NCBI GenBank assembly: GCA_000165425.1
Contig: CT868452.1
Location: forward strand, 62,001-126,000
Direction of reading: 5' to 3'
Length of the DNA: 64,000 nt
Source: Paramecium tetraurelia
Lineage: Eukaryota
Of this stretch, positions 25,858-37,500 are shown piece by piece. Every line of letters begins with the position of its first letter. Positions within the stretch are counted from its first letter, which is position 1. A program made the translations under genes and the position numbers. The notes under the pieces were generated by a model that was not told where the DNA came from, did not search any database, and saw only the letters and a list, made by a program, of their open reading frames with translations.

Positions 25858-26771
25858 TCATTCCTTCACTCGCTTCTCAATTTCCTATAACACTTCCTCT
25901 TCTGGAGCTCCATTCATTAAAAACTCATGTTCCAATACTTACTGCAACGATATTCTCTTCTCGGGATCGCATTCTAACATAGCCATTATTAGGTTCTTGA
26001 ACTCTTAAGGAAATTGCTATTGTCTAAATGATTCGCATTTGCTCCAGAAAAGCTCGAATTGCTTACTCTGGATTAAACCCCACCAGCCATCCTTTACATT
26101 GGGGTCGTTTGTTTGAAATGGAGGGAATCCCATGACTACGATAAATAACACTACACCCAAAGCGAAGATGTCACATTTAAATAGGTTTACTTACGGACTA
26201 ACATACAACTCAGGTGCTGTGTAACCAGGAGTGCCTCCAGGAGGTCTTTACGGCTCATTACAGATGCGAGCAAAGCCAAAATCACAAAGTTTCAAATTGT
26301 AATCTGCAGCTATTAATATATTCTCAGGCTTTATGTCACAATGGGCTATCGATGCAGCATGAAGTGTAACAAGCACTTTTATAAGATAGGCTGCCAAAGT
26401 CTTTGCAAATGACAACTGGAAGGGACCCTTTCTCAAGATTTTCAAAAATGTGTCATTAGGCATATACTCTAATAGAACACAAGTGTAATCTTAAGCGTAT
26501 CCTTTCAACAAAACTATTCCTGTATGGTCTATGCGTTTAAGAATTTGTATTTCGTTCGCTAAATAAATTGTAATTAAACCTGGAGATTTATTATGTGATC
26601 CTGTGATAAATTAGTTAGCACTTTTAGAGCAAACATTTCCCCTGTTTTCTTATGCATGGCCAAGTAGACTCTCGCATCATGCCCTTGACCCAGAGGAGGG
26701 TTCAAACTCACAACAAAACATGTTTAGAAGTCTTGCTGAGTGAAAACAAAAATATTGTTTCCAGATTACAT
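25858..26771 (-). CDS. Ser/Thr protein kinase (CAMK-like)
   Basis: LGQGHDARVY, FALK, HCDIKPENIL, LCDFG, GTPGYTAPE, DIFALGVVLFIVVMGFPPF. Confidence 0.92.
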
Positions 26772-27212
26772 AATATATTAGTTCTTGTTTAATTTAAAAT
26801 TTAAATATTGAAAAATCACTTGATATTTTATCTGCTTTTTGAACTCAAAATCTATATATATCATTCTCATTTATTAATGATATTTTATTTAATAGGAGAT
26901 CGTCTCAAGTTTGATTCCTTTAGTTATTTTCTTATGTATCTAATATAATTATTAAATGAAAATTATAAACTGAATTTTTACAAATTACCTCTGCTTACAA
27001 TTCACTTTGAATGAAGAAAAGAATATGTCAAAACAAATGTATTTAGTATGTGTGATAGATCTATTTATTAATAAAAATATGTAAATAGCATTCATCTTAA
27101 TAGTTTGATTTTACAAAAAAACAGACTTAGAGAATATAGTTAAAAAGATTATTGAAATGCTAGAGTAGAAAAGAAACAATATAAAATAATAATTATTTAA
27201 GAAAAACGAAAT

Positions 27213-29514
27213 TCATACTCCTTACTCATATCGTTATTTTGTATAATTTTATTACATTAAAATTGGAAGTGATTATAGTTTATATCCCTTTGGAGGATGT
27301 TATAGTTTTAAGCTAAAAACTTTTGGTTTCACAAATGAACCATTTTGTATCTACACTTATTATTAATAGGAAATTGAATGTTATTAGATTGGAGGTTGAT
27401 AATGTGGTTAGGGTTAAAAGTATAACTAATTTAAATTGTATAATTTACTTATTCTTAGTCAAACTATTTAAGTTGTTTGTTTTATTTTCTGATAGAAAAC
27501 TTCTTCTCGTTTTTTTAATCTTGAATGGATTTAATTTACATTAATGGAGATAGATTTGATAGAGAATTTTATTGACTCATCTAAATCATCTAAAAGCTAG
27601 AATTATCCTATTTGCTTTCTGCTCTTCTAAATTGAATTAAATCAATAAGTTATATTTCTGGAATTCTCTTTTCAGCAAAATTGTATAAATCTTTGAGTGA
27701 TTCTGATTGTTGATAATCCTCATAGGTCACAAAATTATCAGGCTCCAGTTGAGGTTAAGATAAAATGGGTTCTTGTCCCTACTATAGAATTTACTCTGGT
27801 TCTTCTTAAGTGACTTCTTGATCAGCCTTCGTAGTTTTGGTAGGGTATAAATTGGTGTTGACTTTGCTTTAGACATGCTTGTACAATTAGCTTTTCTAAT
27901 TCAAAATTGGCTTTTAAGTGCAAGATTGCGGTTTAGGCAACTCAGCAATCGTATCCCTTTTCATGTTCCGTCTTATATCTAATGAGAATAAAAATGAGAT
28001 GTACTTGCTCCAGTCCAATCCTCATACAATTTCTAAGCATGTTGTAAGTATTCATCATATGATTTATCACACGGATATATCAATTCAAAATCTCCTTTGT
28101 TTCTTGACTCATATTCATCTCTCTCTTTTTAGGCCTACATTTTGAGGACTCTCTTCTCCTCGTATGATAATTTAGTCTTTTTTCCAGTAAGAACTCGTTT
28201 TTGCATTTGATCCTTCTTTTATGAGATGATATCATTCTTTGTTTTGACATTGATATTCATTAATGTGATAGCATCTCTGATCAGATTCTTTTTGATATAG
28301 GAATCCAATGGAGTATCAGTAGTAAAACTAGGAGTGTGATTGACTTCCAATAAATATGGTTTAAGTGAGCTATCAATTAAAATATCGAAACCAAGAATTT
28401 CAAAGCACATATTGTTTGCATAATTTTCTACTTGTGTATAGTTTTATTGTAGTATTGGTTGAACGGCACAAAACGTTTTTATTATTAAATCTTTGATATC
28501 ACTCAACAATTAGTCTACGTTTTATTTCTATATAACTAGTTATTAATTATACTTAAATTCTTAATAAATCAAAGACACTAGTCATACTTCTTTTGTGTCC
28601 TACATCCATTTTCTTTTCGTCCTCATTGAATATGAAATTAGGATTGTCCTTATTAATAGCATAATTGGTCAGATGCATACAAGCGTCTTCAAGATTCGTT
28701 GAGTGAGGGGAGGAATATAATTAAGTGGCAAATCGAGCTAAACCTTCCTTATATAAGTATATTCTTAAAGGATCACAACCACAAATCATTACGTACATTC
28801 TTAAGTCAAATTTTAATCCATCTATCAGTAACGGTTTATGAATATATCTTTGAGCAACATAATGTTCTTGAGGATTAATTGAGTCAATCGATCTAGTCAA
28901 GAATATACCTTTTAGTTATTATTTTATTGAGTACCCTTTCCTTAACAAGAAGCTTCTGGTTTTACAATAAAGGTCTTTGCTTTCCCCTTTTGAAACTAGG
29001 CTTTGAAATCTCCATACTCACTTGGAAGCATCCAAGTTCTAGGGTAGAAATCATAATCATCTGGATATTATTTTTGCATTTTATTGAGATTACGACCAAG
29101 GTGATTTTTTCTTGCTAAAGAGTACATACCTGGAAAATGATTAATTCTTTAATGAGCTAATCATATAAATTAGAACTTTACGTTGCATTTTAGAGAGAGT
29201 CTCAGGTAGTACAGCATTATCAGTCCAGCAAAAGTCCCAATTATTGTTTTCAAGATAAGGAACATAAGACAATTTAAACTTGTAAATCATCTTACCAACA
29301 AATTTAACAACAGGATACTAAGTGTCTATTTAATGATATACTAAATACCTGAAACATTCATTATTAACTTCTTGCTAGAATTTACAACTTTCTTTTTCTT
29401 CTTTTTTACTTAAATTTGTTCTTCCTCGCTCTCTGACTCCTATGATACTTCGTCATCGTCTGCTTCACTATCCTCAAAATCTCCATTAAAAGGCATTTCT
29501 TTTTCCTATTTCAT
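27213..29514 (-). CDS. tubulin-tyrosine-ligase-like polyglutamylase (TTLL6-like)
   Basis: [76 protein letters not shown]...[10 protein letters not shown]. Confidence 0.92.
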
Positions 29515-29545
29515 TTTTTTATATACAGTTATTAAAATAATAATA

Positions 29546-29881
29546 ATGCTTTCAGAGCCTTTTGTTTTACTAAAGAATTATCGCTAATAACAAGATGCCT
29601 TAAAATTAACATAAAAGACGAAGTTGATACCAATTCAAAAGAAACTAGTTAAGAAAACTCATGTTCCAAAATATTTGACGAATGATAAAGAAAGAAACTC
29701 ATAAAGGAGTCAAACTCAACCTGAATAATCCATCGAACCTTTGATTCAAATGCAATTATATTCAGATGATCAAATAAACGAAGATTAGTATTCTCCTCTC
29801 TTATTCAATGAGTACAAATTCGCTTTTCATGACTCATTTTGTTGGAACATAAATCTATCAGACGAGGCATTTGAGATTTGA
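29546..29881 (+). CDS. small hypothetical protein (frame stays open to 30022 past the first TGA)
   Basis: MLSEPFVLLKNYRQQQDALK... ORF of 111 codons to TGA 29879-29881. Confidence 0.5.
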
Positions 29882-30467
29882 GATGACTCTTACCTAGACA
29901 ATCGAAAAAATACCAAAATGAATTAACATAATAAGATTAATCAAATCGTTCCTTTTTGCTTCTCAAATAAAAATATCTTTATAAATGTTCTCAACTTGAT
30001 TTCTAAACCATTCAAAGTTTGAATCAGTATCATTTGAGATATTATATTTTATTTAAAATTAGCAACATAATAAATAGATGTTCTATAATTGGCTCAACAA
30101 TCCTTCAATTTTTTTAAATCTAAATAAATCCTATAATAATTAGATGGTTTATGAAAAAATGAAGAATCGCACAATATTATAAACAAAATCATCCTAGTTA
30201 TTAAGTTATCATTGGACATTTCAGAATTCTAAGATGAAATGGATTCATTATATATAAAGAAATGTAAAAATAAATTTTGAGCACTTTGGATAATTATCAT
30301 ACTGCTGTTTTGAGTTTATATATAGATTAGACACAGAACAAATGGAATTGGGATGTTGTAAAGGAAATATGAAAAGAAGCTAAATAGGTTTGTAGTGTAG
30401 ATTAATAATATATAACATGGTTATGTTAATTTGAGATTTAAATTAAATCTTTTTTTTTAAAAGTATT

Positions 30468-31053
30468 ATGATTATCTAGGTGGGTCACCTTAATGGAGAG
30501 GTGAAAACATACAACTTAGCAGACTAGAGTACTGCAAGTTAATTAATGAATATTTTGAACTCCGAATTGGCATGTGATGTTCAATTGGTTTAATGTGGTG
30601 AATTAGTGAGTGCATCATCAATTTTGGCTGGAGAGAGAATCTATTATGTCACAGTCGATGCTGAAGGAGGAAAGAAAAAGAAGAAGAAGAAGAAGAATTT
30701 CGCAAAGCCCAAGAAGAAGAAGCACAGACACCGAAAGGTTAAGTTGGCTACTCTTAAATTGTACAATGTTGACAACAAAGGAGTAGTTTAAAGATCACAT
30801 AAATAATGTCCTTAATGTCCTTAAGGTGTGTACATGGCTAAACACTTCGACAGACATTATTGTGGAACTTGTCATCAAACCTTTAGAATGGACGAGGCAA
30901 CAGTAATTGTTAAATTTTATATCTAAGATTAAAGCCAACTTAGAAGCAATCAAAAAATAATAAGCTCTCAAAGCTGCTCAAGCCGCCGCTGCTGCCCCAG
31001 CTGGTGGTGCTGCCGATAAAGCTGCTGGAGGAAAAAAAGGCAAGAAGAAGTGA
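30468..31053 (+). CDS. RPS27A: 40S ribosomal protein S27a (eS31) fused to a divergent ubiquitin-like domain
   Basis: 68-aa leader ending EGG, then KKKKKKKKNFAKPKKKKHRHRKVKLATL and zinc finger CPQC..MAKHFDRHYCGTC; intron ~30903-30927. Confidence 0.95.
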
Positions 31054-31078
31054 CATATATTTAGTATATTAATAAATT

Positions 31079-32765
31079 ATGCAATAAAGTTCATCCATCT
31101 CTACAAAATAAGCTGAATAGGATAACCTAATTCTAGCTATTTCAATGATTGGATCTTATATACGATAACCCACAGATCATAGTTCACCAGAAAACCGTTT
31201 GCTTTTTTTGGCTTATTCAAATGACTTGGAACAATTTTCAGATTTGTTAAGATCAAGACCACTTGATCTATCAGTTATCTAGAATTTCGAAGGTTATACT
31301 GTTCTACATTATGCTTGTTACAATAATAGTTATCAGATGTGTGAAATAATAATAAACTATTAAGAAAGAAGAGAGAACAACCCATTAAATATGGAGAAAT
31401 TTATCAATTCTGTCGCTATTGATAAATTTACTCCTCTGCACTTTGCTGCTTAACGAGGAAATCTACAGATTTTGAATCTTTTAAAATTAAAAGGAGCCGA
31501 CTTAAAAGCTACAAGTTAATAAGGTTTAAATATAATGCATGTTGGTGCATAAGGAAATCAACCCAATAGCATTGTATTTGCTCTTGCTAATGGAATTAAA
31601 TTAGTTGATTTTGATATAAATGGAGGCACCGCCTTGCATTGGGCATGCCTTAAAGGTTGTGAGGACTCTGCTAATTACTTGCTACCATTAATAGAATAAA
31701 AAAAACCGTATTTTCCACTAAACTCTCTAGATTCTCATCAATACACACCTTTACATTTGGCTGTTCATAGTGGAAATACTAAATTAGTTAAGAAATTGTT
31801 ATTTTATGGGGCTGATAAGAAAATAAAAGGATATGAGAATAAAACTCCTGCTAATATGGCTGAGGAGAATGATTTTAAGAACATATACAATCTGCTTACT
31901 AAAAAACGTGGTTTCCTCATCTCTTTTTTTAATCTGAAATAGGGTCTAAAGAGAGTAAGGAAAAATAGGTTAGAATTAATGAGATTTGGTGGATTCATGA
32001 TTTTTCTTTTGGTATCTTATTTATTTTATATGGTCGATGATTTCACACCAATAGTCCCAGATTACATTTTCTTTGGAATTACTTTACTTTTTTTTATTTT
32101 AATTGTTTGTTCTAATCCTGGCTATTAAATTAGAAGACAAGAACCACTCTATACTTTAATTACAGCCTTTAATCACCAAGACATATGTCCAATTTGTAAC
32201 GTTGTAAAATTACCAAGAAGTAAGCATTGCGACATTTGCCAAAGATGTGTTTTGATTTATGATCATCACTGCCCTTGGATTAATAATTGTGTAACATATT
32301 TATATATATATTCACTAGGTTGGTGCAGAGAATCATTTGATTTTCATTTCCTTTTTAATTTCATTGGAAGCATCACTTATTTATGCTCTATTCAGAACGA
32401 TATCCTAATGTTTTGTAGGTAATTAGAATGAATTGGAATTCTTTGATGAACCTTTAATATTTTGGGCAATCTTATCTATCAATATTTTAATCGAAATTAT
32501 TTTTGCATTGGGAATCACACTTCTTCTTGTGACTTAGATCTATAACATTTTTCTAGGTAAGACTACTTTCGAGAGATTTGCAGTTCAAAATTAAAATTCT
32601 ACTATGAGATCAGTCACAGCCGATTCAAATAAAAGTTCATTAATTGAAGATGATTTACCCTCTTAAAAAAAAGATCGATTCGTTCGATGTTCATGTAAAA
32701 ATCTCTTCAATTTCCTAACAAATGGAGCAACCTAGAGAAAAAAAGAACAAGCTATAAGATTTTGA
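31079..32765 (+). CDS. ankyrin-repeat DHHC palmitoyltransferase (AKR1/ZDHHC17-like)
   Basis: Ankyrin repeats (TVLHYAC, TPLHFAA, TALHWAC, TPLHLAV) then [37 protein letters not shown] and TM segments. Confidence 0.93.
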
Positions 32766-33338
32766 TGATTTTTATATTGTATTTTAGTAATTCAGATTAT
32801 TTGAAAACAAGAGTACAATTTCTCCTTGTTATTATATTCATTTTTGTTATTCACTCAAATATAATTAACTTAGATTAGCTATATAAATTCATTCAATTTA
32901 TTTAAGATTTCTTGAAATAAAAAATATTGTTCAGACAAATTCTAAAATCAGTTATTCACAATAGAACCACATTATAATATTGTTTACACTTGGTTCATAT
33001 GTTCCTTACTGAAATTATTGGGTGATAATAAATGATTTGGACATTGTTCTGTTATTCCTAATTTAACAACCAATTTTTATACACCCTAGACTTCCTTTAA
33101 TATATTTTGACAAATTTTTAGAGTGCAAAAACTAAGTATGGAACTTAATTACGTGTTTATCAGATAAAATTGATTGGCATATACATATAATTATACATAT
33201 TTGATGTATAATTTGTTAATCTTGCCAAATTGACGAATTTATATGATTAATTTTTCATAATTATTCTGAGAAATGTTACATATTAAGATTTAATTCAAAA
33301 TTCATTTTTGTTGAGGGTTATTTATATAAATAATAAAA

Positions 33339-34404
33339 ATGAGTAGACAAAGGGTAAACTCCAAGTATTAATATAATTCTCATGATTAGGTCACCTACTG
33401 TAAACAAGCAAATTAGGAAACACAGCAAGGATTCAGATTCAAGTTCTTCAGAAAGAAGGTATGGAAAATTTTGGAAACCAAATGAAGATGCACTGTTGAT
33501 TGAATTACACTCTAAATACAATGCTAATTGGGGTTTAATTGCTGGGGAAATTCCTGGAAGGAACCTAAGTCAGTGTTAACAAAGATGGAAGCGTATAAAT
33601 CCAAATAAGGTTGGATTTTAAAGTTTATATATTTATAGACCAAATTACGTAAGCAGTGGAGTGATGAAGAGGACAAGCGAGTGATTCTGTTTGTTCAATA
33701 ATATGGTCGAAATTGGAAAGTTATAGAAGGATTTATGGAAGGCAGATCAAGTAAATAGATAAGAGAGAGGTTTTTAAATAATTTGGATCCAGAGATCAAC
33801 CATTAAAAATTTACTCCCTAGGAGGATAAAATAATTTTAGAATAGTATCGAATTTATGGCCCAAAATGGAGTGAGATTGCAAAGATGTTGGATAGAAGAC
33901 CTGTATTAATGTATTTAAACATAGGAAAACTAAGTGAAGAATAGATTTTATTCGTTTATTAAGAGAGTGCACATGTTGGAGGAGAAATCGGATGATGATG
34001 ATGATGATGGGAATTCTTCGTTTTCTGAATAGCCCAATATTCCTCAGCCAATTCCTATTTATTAGCCTTTGGAGACTATTTAATCGATCAAAGAGGAACA
34101 TGACAATACTAAGAATGATTCAATAAGAAACGATTCATTTATGAATATTTAAAATCGAACACCATCGCATAGAATTCAACCATCAATTGGTTTAATTTAA
34201 GGATTAGATTCTTTTGATTCAAAATAATTTGAAGGGATTCATTCGCAAGACATTTCTCCTTTCCATTAGAGGAGGATATTGATGGACTATAGTCCAATTA
34301 ATTTTGAGTATGCACATCATCATCCAAACTTCGATAATGTGTAAGAGGATGTGAGAGAATTGAGAAGTTAGATAGAATGTATAAGTTTGGAAAAGATTAA
34401 TTGA
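33339..34404 (+). CDS. three-repeat Myb transcription factor
   Basis: WKPNEDALL..WGLIAGEIPGRNLSQCQQRW; WSDEEDKRV..WKVIEGFMEGRSSKQIRERFLNNLDP; FTPQEDKII..WSEIAKMLDRRP|ENQVKNRFYS. Confidence 0.92.
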
Positions 34405-34506
34405 AGTTTTAATTTATTTATTTATTTATTTATTTAATTATTGCTTTTAGCAAAACAAGTATCATAATTTTATCAAATTTAATTTAAATTCATTTACATA
34501 AATAAA

Positions 34507-37500
34507 ATGAAAACTCGCGGGTAGAAATCAGAACCCCAATATGCATATCAATACAAAAAAGATTAAATATTGGGACAGAGCGAAAAAGGCAAGCCTCTTT
34601 TGTATAAGGTGGTTGAAGATATGAAAACCAATGATCATAGATCTCAATTAAGAGTAGTTAAACTTGAGCAATAAGAGAAGTTGAAGGATGGCAAAGTAGT
34701 CTATAAGGAGGCTGAAGAACTTTTGTTACCTGTAAAGGAGCGCACGTAATGATATAACATTTATTGTAGTAAAGTTGTTGATGATGTAGAAGTAAATTCC
34801 ACAAAACCAAATCCAAGAAGCAAGACAGCTGTTACTTTTTTCACTTTTCCTCAAGACACACTCTAAGAAATAGCAAAAAGTATGAAATAGGTTCCCGCCA
34901 ATACAAAACAATAAAAAAAATAAGTCAGCTCTGAGAGCGAGGATGAGGAAGAAGAACCCCCAAAAAAATTCACAATCAAAAAGGGTTAAAAGCAACAAGT
35001 GGAAGCTTAACCTGAGAAAAAGGTTTTGAAAGGCAAGAAACAAAAGTAATAAAAAGTAGAAGAAAGTGATTAAGAGGATGACGAAGAGAATGAGGATGAA
35101 GAGGAGGAGGAAGTAGTAGTCAAACCATCGAAAAAAGGATCTGTTTAAAAATAAACTAAAACCAAAGCAGAAAATAATTAAAACTAAAAAGTAGTTTAAA
35201 ATTAAAAACAAAAAATCAGCAAAAAGTAAAAGAAAGAAGAGAGTCAAGAAAGTGATTAAGAAGATGAAGAGGATGAAGAACCAGAAGTTAAAAATGTAGT
35301 TAAAAAAAAATAAGTTAAAAATACACCTGCTCCAAAATAATCTTAAAAAGTTTAAGATTCGTCACTTATTCTAAAAGAAACTAGGAAAAGAGGAAGAGCA
35401 TAAACACAATAAGAGGAAGAGGATGAAGAAGAAGATGAAGAAGAAGAATAATCCATGTCCTAATCTCTATCCTAATCTTTTTCTGTTGATAGTAAACGAA
35501 AGAAAGGAGGTAAAGGCAGTACTACTAGGAAATCCAAATCCTAAACTAATTAACCAAGTAAATTTGTAAGAGGAAAAGTGAATCCTAATTACAGAGATTT
35601 GAGAAATATTAGTGACCAATTTGAAGGACCCAGCTCAAAATTCCATGATTACACTAGTGTTATTATGAACAATAAAGAATTAATTAGAGCTGCCAGAACA
35701 GGCAATAAAAAATTACTAGAAGATATATTTGCCAATTCTTAGAAAATAAGTAATCTATTTACAAGATGGGGACCTGAAAATGAAATTAATGCCTTGGAAT
35801 TGATATTCTAAAGATAAGATAGAGTAATGCTCTTGTTATTTGTTAAATCTATCGGTAAAATCAAATTAGGAGTTACTCCAAGATGCTCCTTGAAAGAAGT
35901 AAATACAGGTTACAATGACAAATATGCCTATGGAGTTAGAACCAGAAAAGTTGCTATGAGTAGAGGAGGAAGAGAAGGCAACAATGCATTTGTCTATGAT
36001 TTAAATGAAGAGGATCATTTAGGTCGTTATTAGATTGAAAGATTAATGAAAATTGAAACTGATCCTGAACTCTTTGGTTTAATGATTGCATAATTAGGAA
36101 ATGAGCACTCCTATTACGAATTGATTGCAATGGCCGTAAGATGTGGTAATTGGAGAACTGCTGGTTATTTGGTTTAATAAGCTATGGAGAAAGGACATAT
36201 GTATGGATATAATTAAGTACATGTTGATGTTTTAAATCATACCAGTGCTAGTCGTATTGGCAATATCAAAAAAGCATCTGCAACCAAAAAGACAATTGGA
36301 ATGTATTTGATAACCCCTATTCATTGTGCAGCCATCAATCCTAACCATGGTTGTTTACAAAAATTGCTTGACATTTCATAAGAATTTAATATATTAGATG
36401 AAATTCACAGAAAACCAGTTCATTACGCTGCTGTTTCATAAACAAATGATTGTTTAAAGTATTTGTTAGAGAATGGAATTGATGCCAGAGAAGGAGATAG
36501 ATAAAAAAATACTCCCCTTATGCTTGCTGCCTAACACGGAAGAACCCATAATGTAGAACTTTTAGCTGCTAATAATATTGGTGGTAAGAACAAGGAGGGA
36601 AATGCAGCGCTCCATTTAGCATGTTTTGGAGGGCATTTGGAAACAGTCAAAGCACTCTTATAACATGGAGCTTTAATCAATTAACCTGGTGCACTTAGAA
36701 TGACTCCATTAATGATTGCAAGTGCATATGGACACTACGATTTGGTTAAGTACTTGATTGAATAAGGAGCTAAGGTAATAAGCAAAGACAAATTTGGAAG
36801 AACTTCTTGTGCCATGGCTGCTCGTAATGGAAATGTGAGGATTCTGTCCCTTCTCCTTTATTATGGAGCAGAATTCAATATGCCTGATTCATCAAAAAAT
36901 ACTCCTCTTCATTATGCTGCTGCTTATGGATTCCCTGAGTGCATTGAAGAATTGATGAAAGCAGGAGCAGACTAGAATTTGCCTAATTCTTGGAAATTGA
37001 CACCATTGTCTGTTGCTCTATAGAAGAATCATTTGGGTGTAGTTAAGACTCTCTTGAATTACCCAAGTACTGATGTAAATTGCAAGGATGACGAGGGAAG
37101 AACATTAATTTCTTCAAGTTTGAGCAGATTTAATGCCGATTCTTTTGAATATATGAAATATTTGATTCTTGAGAAAAGTGCTGATGTGAAAATAGCAGAT
37201 TTATAGGAGAAAACTCCTCTACATTATGCTGTGTAGATATCTAGGAAGAATGTTAAACAATACTACTAAAAGTGGAATGAGATGACAAAAGCAGAGAAAA
37301 GAGATATTAAAAATAATTATGAAAAACTATTAGGAGAGTTGATTGAATTGTTAATCAATGCTGGTGCAGATGTCAATGTTCCAGATGTCAATGGATAGAC
37401 CCCATTTATACAAGCATTGATGAGTTAGAATTTCGTAACAGCAGAATAAATTATGAAATTGGCTACTCCAAAATTTGATTATATTGATAACAAAGATAGA

